DNA of 64,000 bases, taken from assembly GCA_964188305.1 (NCBI GenBank), contig OZ076889.1. One strand, written 5' to 3'. Below are positions 14,231-25,542 of this stretch, piece after piece. The translations under genes and the position numbers were made by a program. How positions within the stretch are numbered: position 1 is the first letter of the stretch; each line of letters starts with the position of its first letter. The notes below the pieces were generated by a model, which was given only the letters and a program-made list of their open reading frames with translations, was not told where the DNA came from and did not search any database. Origin of the DNA: Podarcis bocagei (Eukaryota).

Positions 14231-16993
14231 GGCTTTTCTTTGTACAAGTACATAAATATGTCTCCAAAACAGCTATGCTGTGAACCCAGGGCACAGGAAA
14301 AAGAAAGAGAAAGATGGCACTCAAGTAGGAGCTTTGTAATATTTGACAGTTTTTTTTGGGGGGGGGGGGATTTTGTATACAGCTAATGATGAAAGTAATA
14401 TCCAATGCACACATATCCACAGGAAGCTCTTACTTTAAAAAGAGTGGGGTGAAAGTAGGGATGTAAGAAAGCATCATTTTCCATTCTGCCGCATATTCAT
14501 TGCATGCTGCAATGTTTCTGTTCTGCTGCCATTTGCCTCCCACTAGAACCTTACATTCATCTTCCTTCGGAAATAGGCACAGTGGAGACTGTAGTGTCTT
14601 TATGGAATATGGTTTCTTTATACATATTTACAACCTGAGACTACCAGCATTCACATATAAAGATGATTCTTTGCTCCTCCCTTAGGAGCAGCAGGCTTAG
14701 GTCTGCAAACCAGCCATGCTGCCTGTCCTTTTGTTGCTGCCTGCTCCAGTAAGTCCTCCCTCTCCTCTGAGCTGAAACTCTAAACCTTTTCTTTTCCCTG
14801 CCCACTAACACAAACACAGCTGGCAGTCTTGCCCTCTGATGGTTTCTTTCAAGGGCCATTGCCAGACTTTGCCCCGTGCTGATGGCGCATCTCAGCAGCT
14901 ATGCCAAGTTGGCCTGGATTGTTAACATAAACTAAATCCGGGGGGGGGCGGGGTTCAGCATTTGGCAAAGCTTGGTTAATCAAACCTTGAGTAATTATAA
15001 TTTTTACTAAATCCAGGTATTATGGAGAGTCACACACCCCTGCCACAAATTCATAACCATATCTGTTTCAGACATGGGATGAATAAGTGAACATTTCTAC
15101 TCCTTTTTCTGTTTTCATCAGAATTCTCTGACATCCCATCGCTGTTCTGGGGGTTCTTGCAAACCTTCGCTCCAGAGCCAATTGAGGGGGCACAGGGGGT
15201 GCAGGGAGAGAGGAAAGAAGCCTCCTTGCACTAGTGAAAGTCGTTGTGCAGGCTTCTGATAGCAGGACCTGCTGGTTGAATCCGGCCCATTTTAAGCCAG
15301 TGAACCTGTTTCATGGCACTAATGACTAGCTCTGACCAGCATTTTGCTACCACTTCCTTGGTAAGTTACAGTTTCTGAATGTTCTTCAAAGGCAGCCCCA
15401 TGCTGAGTGCATTGCAGTAGTTCATTCTTATAGTAACTAAAGCATGCTGTATCTAGCATGGAGTGGATGCTTTCACTTTCCACATTCACAAAGTAACAAA
15501 ATGTGGTTAAAAATGTAGCGGCTTTCTGAATGGGTTGATAGAACGGTGTCAGGTCCGAAGTACGATCAGTAATCAATTTAGCAAGTTGACGGTGCAGCCA
15601 AAGCAGAATTTGGTGGGCAGGAATGGAGGCAGAGTGGAACCTGGTGGGTTATATAGGTCGAGTCTGACACTATCTGGCTTTTACCAGCTGTTCGGACCAC
15701 AGTATAGCTTACCTTCCTACCCCAATATGACTTTTCTGGACCAGTAAAGTACTGGGTGTGTGGCAGCTTTGCAACTGCACTGGATGGTGATGAAACGTCA
15801 CACAGAGACAAAATCTGCCCCAACGTGAATGTGTGAAGTTTCTTTATCCTCATGAATATATGTTAATCTGATTAATTCAGATTTAAAAGTAGCCTGATGG
15901 GAGGGATTTTACCATCCATTTGAAAGGGATTGAGTCAGTTCAAAACGTGACTAGACACGCTCCAATCTAGCTATCTCTCTCTCTAATCGTCTTGTCTATC
16001 CTGTGCTTACTTGAGTTCCATATTCTGTGCATTGTTCTATAAATAGATTGGAAATGATGTTCTCCTGTGTTCAAGAAGATGAAATGATGCACAGCATTTG
16101 CAGTGACAATCAGTTGCTTTAATAGGGCCAAGGGCAAATAAGATTAAAAAGAAGTTCCACATAAGAGGAGAAGGGAATCTTTTATCTTTGGAAACTAATG
16201 CAGTTAGATCCACAATGAGGTGTAGCCACATTCAGTCATTTTATCAAATTATAGAGGAAAATAATGAGTTCTAGCCAATTGAATTTCCATATGCATCCTT
16301 TATATTTAATATTTTACAGTGGCAGATATCAGGGTTTCTTCCCCTCTGCCCCCAGGCCAAATGCAGCGGTCTAATGAAGAAGTTCTAAATGATTTTTCCC
16401 CCTTATTTAAAAAGAACTACACTCTCATCCTCATTATTTCTTTCTGCAATCAAATTATGTGCAAATGTTCCTGGCTTTCTATGAGAATACCTCATAATTA
16501 TATGAAGGGTAGATGGTCTTATAACTATCTGGTGCATGTACATAAATGAACATGCATCGTATTACCTTTAAATATTTCTTTTGTAACTCATTTTGAAGAA
16601 TGTGGCTTCTGTATGTCTTTTCATAAAAGTAGTGCATTTCTCACAGTTTGCTCATTAAAAAATCATGATCACTGAAGGCGCATGTTGATGTCTTAGACTT
16701 CTCCTCTGCTCTGCTTTCTTGCAAGAAACCAGTTCTCTCTAAGTCTGGCAGTAGTGCCTTGTGCAGTATGGACTCTACGTACTAATGTTCTCATGGTCCA
16801 ATAAGGCACGAAACGAAAGCATGCTCATGATTTGTGGGATTACTCCTTACCTCCTTGTGGTCTACATCTCTCCTTGATGTTCCTTGGTTTCTCCTATGGC
16901 TTGGCAGCTGTTGCTTCATCAAAGTCAGCCACAGCCATATTTTATCCTTGGATAAAGTGGGGAGAAATAGAAGGAATTTGGGAGGAATTAATA

Positions 16994-17225
16994 CAGTGGT
17001 ACCTTGGTTTGCAACCGCTTTGGATTATAACTGTTTTGGATTACAACCACGTCAAACTGGAAGTGTGTGTCCCTTTTTTTGGATTACAACCCATTTTATT
17101 TTGGATTGCAACCCATTTGGGGGGGGGGAGGCCCCACTGGCGAAAGTGCACCTTGGGTTGCAACCTGTTTTGGTTTACAATCAGACCTCTGGAATGGATT
17201 ATGGTTGTAAACCAAGGTACTACTG
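16994..17225. mobile_element. Tc1/mariner MITE
   Basis: TA|CAGTGGTACCTTGGTTTGCAAC ... GTTGTAAACCAAGGTACTACTG|TA. Confidence 0.85.
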
Positions 17226-20200
17226 TACCGGGTTTGGAGAAAGCTTGGCTGCCATCAGTGGAGGCTCTGAAACCAACACAGGGAAGTCTCAGTGTAGATC
17301 TTTGCCCACTCGCCACCGCTGCCGCTTGCCCACTTCCCATTGCCTGCCACTTGCCTGCCCACCTGCTGCCACCACTGCCACCTGCCCTCCACTGCCATCT
17401 ACCCACTCGCCACCACCGTACCTCCACCAGCTCATGTGGAGAGCAATGGGCAGGCAGTGAGCAGGTGGTGTCTGGCAGCGGTGAGTAAGCCACAGAATGT
17501 TAATCAGCCCAAGGCCTGGTTATAGAGAAATGTTTTTGCCTGGTGCTTAAAGATATGTCATGAAGGTGCCATGTGAGCCTCCCAGGGGAGAGCAGTCCAC
17601 AAACAGGAGAGCAGGCTGCAAAAGCACCTTCTCATAATTGGGGGCCCAAAAGTTCTGTTCACATCACCCAGGTGACAATCTAGTAAGAAATCTTAGCAAA
17701 TAAATGAAAGCAAAATGTGGGGATTTGTTTCATCCCTCGTCTTCTTGGCACACAGTTCTCTTTTAAAGCTGGAGATCTTTTCCTTTCCAAAGGGAAAGGG
17801 GTCACATAATAAGAAGCCTCTGATCGTTGCAGTTTGATGAAAATTAGCAGAGACTTTTCGGGCTAAATGAGTTTAAGGGCCATCTCGCTGTTTTTTTCAA
17901 AGTTGTGTGTGTACCCTGACAAAAAAGAAGAAATTACATCTCAGAACATTTTTAGATGACCTGCAGTTGGCATGTTTTAGTGACCCATACAGTAAATTTA
18001 AAACTGCCCTTGGCTGCACATTAACGTGCAATAACTACTTAATTACGCTCTGGCAGTTGCTACAGAAAGAGTTGATGTAAGTGTCTGGGGCAATTATGCA
18101 GATGATGCTTATTCACCGGGGGGGGGGGGATCTGGAGAGAATCAGCACAGAAAAGCCTGTTGCAAACCTGAGCTCTACTGGGCTGTCCCAAGGTTTTCCT
18201 AATTTCAGTTTTCACTTTGAAGATAGTAGTTTTGATGGAACAGAAATATTTCTCTAATACATTGAGGGTCGCAATGTTAATATATTGAGGGTCCAATGTT
18301 AATCCATTGAAATGAATGGGCATGACTAACTTGGGTTCTTTACTTCCCATGGTCTTTTCTGACTATAATCAAGCTGGAGACAAGCCTTTCTATTTCTTTT
18401 TCTTTAACCCTGTTCAGGGCTGTCTGCCTCCATTGCCCCCACCGGCACCTCACTCTTGCTTCTTTCTCCTTCCCAGATCAGTCACATTGTTGCTGGTCAG
18501 GGATGATGTACTGAATGGGATGGCATCATGATAAATGTTGCCTGGGCCGTGTAATCATGCCACTGGCACCAACTCTATAGGGCTGAGGTGTCCCCCACCC
18601 CTTCAATATTTGTTGGCAGGGGGCTGAGCCTCTTAAAAGTTGAGGAAGCAGAAAAGACCCTCCCCCAAGATGTGTACACAATGCGGCATGACCTGGCCTA
18701 CCACCGCCGTCTACAAACCTGTCCAGACCACTTTGGACTGCTGCCACCACCACCTGCAAGGGCACCCAAGCTGCGCCCACCTTCCACTGCCTTACCTTTG
18801 CTGGCTCTCTGCTGCCGCCACCGCAACAAGGCAAAGGCATCCTCCAACACTGCAAGGGTTCCCTTGAGGCCTGCCGTGGCTGCAGACGTACTTCCAGAAG
18901 CCTGGCCACACTGCCAGAAGTACATGTGTGGCTGTAGTAAGCCTCAACGGAGGCCTCATGGCACATTGGCCTCATCGTACCAGAGGAGAACTGGTGAAGG
19001 TAAGGCAGCAGGCGGCTGGTAGTGAGCAGGTGGGCATGGACCTGGGTGCCTTTTCAGGCAGTGGTGATGGGCTGAGGCAGCCTCAGCGCCCTTGCAGGCA
19101 ACTGGTGGCAGAAGCAGTGGCCACAGGCCACTTCACATGTGCCTCGTTGCATTCCTTTGTATTCTCTGCTTCTCCTCTTACTCTTTAGCACCTTCTACTG
19201 TACTATATTCTCCAGTCATGGTGTCCCACTGAAATATTCAAATCTGGTTTCAACACAGCACATTCACACAGAAACCCAGTAGGAACATAATGTTACGCCT
19301 TGAAGATTAGGTTTGTTCTTTGTTTTATTTTGAGTCATTTGAGCTGATTTCTAAGGCCACGGTGCGACCTGATATTCTTGGGAAAGAGATTTGTAGAAGC
19401 TGAAAAACATATTGGTTGATTGGCTGCATGTGCCTTGAAGAAAATCAATATCTCGTGGTGGTGATTCACAAATGCTAGTGTGATAAGAGCCTGTAAACCC
19501 TATTTTTGGATGTTGTTTTGGTGCAGCTGTTTCTCCTCTCCTGATCCCTTCGATGAGCACATCACTGTGTGTATAGATGCAAGTACGCTGTTAGTGTGGA
19601 AATGGCAGGGAAAGTTGCTAGGAGACTACAGCTTGTTGACATGAACATTACCAAATCTGGAAGGCAATGTACAGAGGAAGCTAAAATAACAGATTTCCCA
19701 GATACTCAAAGCACCAGGTTCGGCACCTGATCTCTGCTGAAAGTTTGCAGCCAATAATTTAAGTTATACATTGTACATAAACACTACCCATTATGATAAA
19801 ACTTTGCCCAATGGCTATCTAGAATTCACCCTTAGCTTCATAAAGAGCTATTGAAGAATCTTAGCTCAGCTGAAGTCTGAATGTATGAGATGTTCAGTGT
19901 GCAGTAGTAGCCCCACCCCCACATGCAAAGACGGAACAAGTCTTCATAACTAACCTGTTGTACCAAAACAATTTGAACCCTTAGTAATGGATTTGCCACT
20001 GTCATTTGTATTTTTGAAATTCTGCTGCTACTGTTTTACTGTGTGTTTTTATAGCAATTTTGTTCTTATCATGATCTTTGATTGTTTTTATTGTAACCTG
20101 CTTTGAGGCTCAAAAGATTAAAAAGTGGCATATACATGTACATATTTTTTAAGGGGATAAAGAAAGAAAAGGGTTTCCTTTAAAAACCAAAAGAACAAGC

Positions 20201-20964
20201 ATACCGATATGTGATGCTCTGTTGCTTCAATTTAAGAAGAGGGAAAGCTATGATGAGGTGAATCCTCCCATGGAGCTTTTTCAGATCAGGACTTGCAGGC
20301 AGCTAGGAGGTTGCAGAGCACTGGGGAAACATTTGTTGGAAAGGAAAAGACATACACCACCCACAGCTACCTTGCAAATGATAAAGTACGCTCAAAATGG
20401 CACCCACCCAAATACTAAAGTACTGTAAAAATACAGATACCGTATCTATGATTACGATTAGAGTGAAAATCCTGTCCTGAGTGGCATTAGATGTAAGAAG
20501 GAAGGGGTTGAAAATAATAATACCTCCTCTAAACATTGGTCATGAGTGGTAACATCAATTATTTGCAGCTCCTCATTTTCATAATATGGCCTTGGAACTG
20601 AACCTAAGTTGATTGTCATTGTGGGAGTGATCTTTCTGTGCCCTTCAACATAGAAAGTGATTTATTCACTAGATTAGCATTACAGTATGTAGTCCATTAG
20701 ATAGCAACAGATTAGAACCAGAATGAAATCTATGGTGCATAGTCTGGTGTGTTGCGTCGTGTGTGCGTGTGCATGCTTTAATGCCTTTTTGTGTGTGCAA
20801 ATTTCCATTTGTAGAATGGGCATAAAAGTTCCAACCATCATGTTGGGAAAATGCACCCAAACATTTTTAAATGGTGATTCAGCGGGGGGGGGGGGCTTAT
20901 TGATATGACCTTAACAATGTGATGATGACATCTTTTGAAGAGTTTCATCTCAGCTAAGCATCTC

Positions 20965-21460
20965 AGCTCCAAGGGTTTCTGAAGAAAGCTGATCATCTAG
21001 ATCCATTTCAATCTGGCTTCAAGCCTGGTTATGGGACAGAGATGGTTTGGGTTGCCTTGGTGGATGACTTACGTCGGGAACTAGAGTAGGTGTGGGTGGT
21101 CCTTGTTGGATCTGCTGGACCTCTTGGTGACTTTTGATACCATGGACCATGATGTCCTTCTGGGCCACCTTGCCATAGCTGTCAACGTTTCCTTTTTTTT
21201 TAAGGGAAATTCCCTTATTCCGAATAGGATTCCTCACAAGAAAAGGGAAAAGTTGACAGCTATGCACCTTGCTGGGATGGAACTTGGAGGCACTGTTTTA
21301 CTCACTCCTTTCCTGTAGAGGCAAGTCCTTCAGGGTTCTGTTCTGCCCCCCATGCTATTTAATACTTACATGAAACCACTGGGAGAGGTTGACAGGAATT
21401 TGGCTATTTGGTGTCACCAGTACGCTGATGACACCCAACTCTACTTTTCCTTTCCACCTT
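20965..21460 (+). mobile_element. decayed L2 LINE reverse-transcriptase fragment
   Basis: Motifs DPFQSGFKPGYGTE, LLDL..TFDTMDH, QGSVLPPMLFNTYMKPL and HQYADDTQLY, with deletions. Confidence 0.85.
21174..21264. mobile_element. 91-bp hAT-type MITE nested in the L2 fragment
   Basis: TIR CATAGCTGTCAAC...GTTGACAGCTATG; perfect 8-bp TSD CACCTTGC. Confidence 0.9.
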
Positions 21461-22904
21461 ATTCCAGAATGATACTATTAGAAAATAATATAGCAAGCTA
21501 ACAGCACATAGCAGGACAAAAATGTCCCTTATTTCAGAACACTCAACATTAGCTTCTAGAGCAAGCATTCCTCACCTTTTTGGATACTTGAGCATATTTG
21601 CAAACCAGAAAAACTGTCATGGACACCATGTGCACACCGCAACAGAGCACACACTGTAACCTATTATATTGGCTACAATAGAATGCTTCTTTCAAGTCTA
21701 ATTTTGAAAAGGGGAGAGGACCCTGTGGGTGCCAAGGAGAGCCTCTGTGGCCCCATGGGCACCATGTTGCTGATCCTTGTCCGTAAATAACAAATTTCAT
21801 GACTCTCTGGTGTACCTTGAAGCTCCACATATAGCTGACTTTTGGCTTCTTTCGTGTAACCGAACTGAGACCAATCTGTATTCGAGACACATAATTGCCT
21901 GAGAAATTGTGTATGTACGTTAGAGTTCAAAAGGTTAAACAATTCTTATTAATAGAGTGCCAGACTCACTGATGCATAAACACTAATAATGTTTCTTGGC
22001 TCATTATGTTCAGAAGTGTCCATAGCAGCTATTTACCCCTTGCTACATTGTGTGTCTTTTTGGCATGGCATATTAAAGGGAAGAGAGTGCTATAGGACCC
22101 TGGCAAGCACAGTTCAGTGTAGTCAATTTTTATTATTTTGCAGTAAACTGTATAATTATTACCTTTAATGACATTTAGGCAATTAAGGATGCCATCTTAT
22201 ACCCACTTATCTGGAGAAAGTCTCACTGAAATCACTGCCTGGGTATGTATGGATGGTATAGATTGCGCTGAAATGCCGCACACCTGTTGCACATATATGC
22301 GGGCAGAACCTCTGTTCGGCTGAGTAGGATTTATTTTCGAGTAAATGTGCATCGAGAACAGACTGCAAAACAAATCAAAGGGAAGTTATTGCTATGGCAT
22401 GCAGTACAAGTATTGCGAGTGTGCACAGCAAGATGAGAAACAAATTAGGTATGGGGGTACACAATTCTTCATAGATGAAGAAAAGCAATCTAGTATCCAG
22501 GCAAATCGGCAGAAGTTTAAAAGCTGTTTGATTAAAGAGGTCTATTCTGAACGTGATACTTGCATTAGTCACTATGATTCTGTTCAGCCCTGTAACTAAA
22601 AATCAAATGTGGACGCATTCCCCCCCCCCCCCAGTATCTATGGCTTACTGTTACTACACAAATATGCAGGTTACTGGAGAGGAGCTCATAGTTGCTTTGC
22701 TCCTCCCCAGTTCTTTTTACTCCTGCACCACACTGGGCTCAGTATATTGTGTTTTGTCTAGGATTGCTGTATCTTGAAGAAGATAAAAGAGGACAGCCCA
22801 AGCCAGAGAAAGAGGTGTGTGGGCAGGCAGGGACGCTGCGCCTGTACGCCTCTTTCCCCAACTCGGGCTGGCAGTAGTGCGCAGAGCAGCCTGAGCCCAA
22901 GCTT

Positions 22905-23140
22905 TGGATTTTGGATTTGATATCCCGCTTTAGAACTACCCGAAGGAGTCTCAAAGCGGCTAACATTCTCCTTGCCTTCCTACCCCACAACAAACACTCT
23001 GTAGGTGAGTGGGGCTGAAATACTTCAGAGAAGTGTGACTAGCCCAAGGTCACCCAGCAGCTGCATGTGGAGGAGTGGAGATGCGAACCCAGTTCACCAG
23101 ATTACGAGTCTACTGCTCTTAACCACTACACCACACTGGC
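22905..23140 (-). mobile_element. tRNA-derived squamate SINE (Squam2-like)
   Basis: Minus strand begins GCCAGTGTGGTGTAGTGGTTAAGAGC (A box) ... GGGTTCGCATC (B box) and ends in short AAATCC repeats. Confidence 0.75.
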
Positions 23141-23160
23141 TAGCTTGAAATATGGAGGCG

Positions 23161-23446
23161 TGAAATATGCTCAGAGTCGAGAGTGGATTTCATGCTCTTT
23201 ATTCAGCTCATAGTGGTGAGGAGGAATGAAAGTTCCCCCACAATATCTGCTTTATATACATTATTTACACAATGGGCTGCACGTGATTGGCTAATTCTGG
23301 GATTCTCCTGTAGGCCAATCAGGTTGTGGATTCACTTCCACCTGGAGCTGGATTGGGTGGCTCCTGCGGACCAATCATACTGCTGCATTGTTCGAGGACC
23401 AATCATACTGTTGCATTTTGGATCCTATGCAACTCAGTGCGTAACA
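23161..23446 (-). mobile_element. solo LTR (same family as 32456-32778)
   Basis: TG...CA termini, repeated CCAAT boxes, TATATAAAG and AATAAA on the minus strand; clear homology to 32456-32778. Confidence 0.8.
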
Positions 23447-24442
23447 GGGCAGGACCATAGCTCCTACCTGATCTTCACTGCGACAGCCTCACTCTGCTGT
23501 GGCGCTTCCACTTCCGGGGCACAGCGCCTCCCAAGCATCATCTGCTACTAGAGGCAGCTGTTCCACTCTTCCAACTGGTAGAGCCAGCCCTGGTGTCCAG
23601 CAGTCAAAAAGAGGCCATTTTAATCCCTACAATGGAAAGCCAGTTTCTGCCTCCCTCAACATATCTACATTTTACCAATGTCTTTATTCAACACAGAAGT
23701 AAACAAGACAGGTTCTGCTAGGAATTGGACAAATAAAAAGTATGACACACTGACCTATTTAGTATTTAAAGGGCTAAATTAGAATTCTGCTTAATTATCG
23801 TTTTTCAAAAATGTACCTGGGCTAATGTTATTTTTAATTTAATCTTTTTGTTGTTTAACCAGCCATTTGATAGCTGTTTTTTCATGAGCAGCTTTTCGGG
23901 GAGTGGCCGCAGCTGTAAGTGAATGGTGGGGCAGATTGTAGGTCTTTTCCATACACTCAGCATGCTTAAGACCCATGTAACCTGCATTGTTCACACACAG
24001 CACACATGGGACTGTATCAGAAGAGTGGCTGCCATTCAGCTCTGACTGCATGTGAAAGATATCTGAGTGTGACAAGTACATTGAGCCTCTCAAAAGCATA
24101 TTCTGGGTTGTCCTGTGGGTCTCTGACTATAGAGTGCATTGAGAAATCAAAAGCAATCAGCCCCTTATAATGGAAGCTCAGCTGCTGGGGGTGGGTGAGT
24201 ACAGTGAGCTGAACTCCAGTAGGTAGTCTATGGAAATGAGTTAGAATGCAACCCACAGCCTCATTATGTTAACTGCAAATTAACTTAACAGCTTTGTTTA
24301 AACCTCAGCTATTTCAAATAAAGGAAAGATGAACTAGGGGCTGTGTGACAAGTTTTTGAGAGTTGAGTTTCATAGGCAGCATATAATATACCAGCCTTCA
24401 TTATTCTGGTTCCCTCCAGGATCCTGGTGCATGTGAGATTAT

Positions 24443-24566
24443 TACAACCTTTGCCAACCCCCTCCAGATGTTTTGGACTACAATTTCCCCCAGTCCCAAC
24501 CAGCACTGACTGGGGCTGATGAGAGTTGTACTCCAAAACATCTGGAAGGTGTTGGCAAAGGCTGCA
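24443..24566. mobile_element. palindromic non-autonomous DNA element (MITE)
   Basis: CCTTTGCCAAC...TCCAGATGTTTTGGA ... TCCAAAACATCTGGA...GTTGGCAAAGG inverted arms. Confidence 0.75.
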
Positions 24567-24959
24567 GTATGGTCACATGCAGAATATGGATTGGACAAAG
24601 TGTACTCTGCCTACTGCTTACACGTAATCTAAAAGTATCAAAAGATCAGCAAGCCTATCCACACCCCAATACAGGAGAACCTTTGTGCAGTCCTCAACAG
24701 ATCAAGGGGTGCCCTCTGAGCAGGACCTTGGGGGCATGGCTCTACTTAGCAAAGCAAACACCCAAATTTACCAAGGCTGAGTTGATTAACTTTGAGGTAA
24801 GTGAAGTAATATTCATAAGCTGTTCCTCCTATGGCAATTAAGTCCAGAATTTAAAGCTACCTAGTTGTATGAGTGGGGGGAAACAGGCACAACGTAAAAG
24901 GCACCCAAATAGTGGATCAAGCTAGTCAGCCAAGTCATACAAGAAGCCTGTGTACCCTA

Positions 24960-25397
24960 CGTGTAGAACCTTACATTTGTCCCTTTTTAATTTCATTTTG
25001 TTAATTTGGGCTCAGTTCTCCATTCTGTTAAGGTCATACTGAACCCTGATTATATGTTCTGTGCCATTAGCTACCCCTCACAGTTTGGTGTCATGTGCAC
25101 ATTTGATGAGCATTCCCTCAATTCCTTCATCCAAGTCACTAATAAAGATGTTGAACAACAGGCCCAGGACGGAACCCTGCAGCACTCTACTTGCCACTTT
25201 TTTCTGTATGATGAGGAACCATTAATGAGCACTCTTTGGGTTTGGTCAGTCAACCAACTACAAATCCACCTAACAGGTTACCTTGTCCCATTTTACCAGC
25301 TTCTCCACAAGAATATCATGGAAGACTTTGTCAAAAGCCTTAATGAAATCAAGATACACTACATCCACAGCATTGCACTGATCCATCCAGCTTGTAA

Positions 25398-25400
<3 letters not shown>
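24960..25400 (-). mobile_element. decayed CR1 LINE fragment (left part; interrupted by microsatellite and PLE insertion)
   Basis: Minus strand shows CR1 RT remnants ([11 protein letters not shown]; degenerate FADDT as LIKCAHDT); resumes at ~31994. Confidence 0.8.

Positions 25401-25455
<55 letters not shown>
25400..25455. repeat. (TC)n(TA)n microsatellite, left flank of PLE insertion
   Basis: Seen directly. Confidence 0.95.
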
Positions 25456-25504
25456 GGTTTTGGTGTCTTCGGGTGTCTTCCCGTGTAAGAGTTGGGGTGT
25501 CTAG

Positions 25505-25542
25505 GCGACGTTTCGACGAGGTCTCACTCGTCATCTTCAGGC
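25505..25542 (-). ncRNA. minimal type I hammerhead ribozyme motif (3' pLTR, copy 1)
   Basis: Reverse complement of CUGAAGA-U-GACGAG-ugagac-CUCGUC-GAAA-CGUC. Confidence 0.75.

Noticed and set aside
16832-17493. Overlapping 150-218-aa ORFs
   Set aside because: Span a mariner MITE and GC-rich low-complexity repeat; no recognisable domain.
18526-19188. Cluster of GC-rich ORFs
   Set aside because: Stop-poor decayed repeat sequence with no protein motifs or clear termini.
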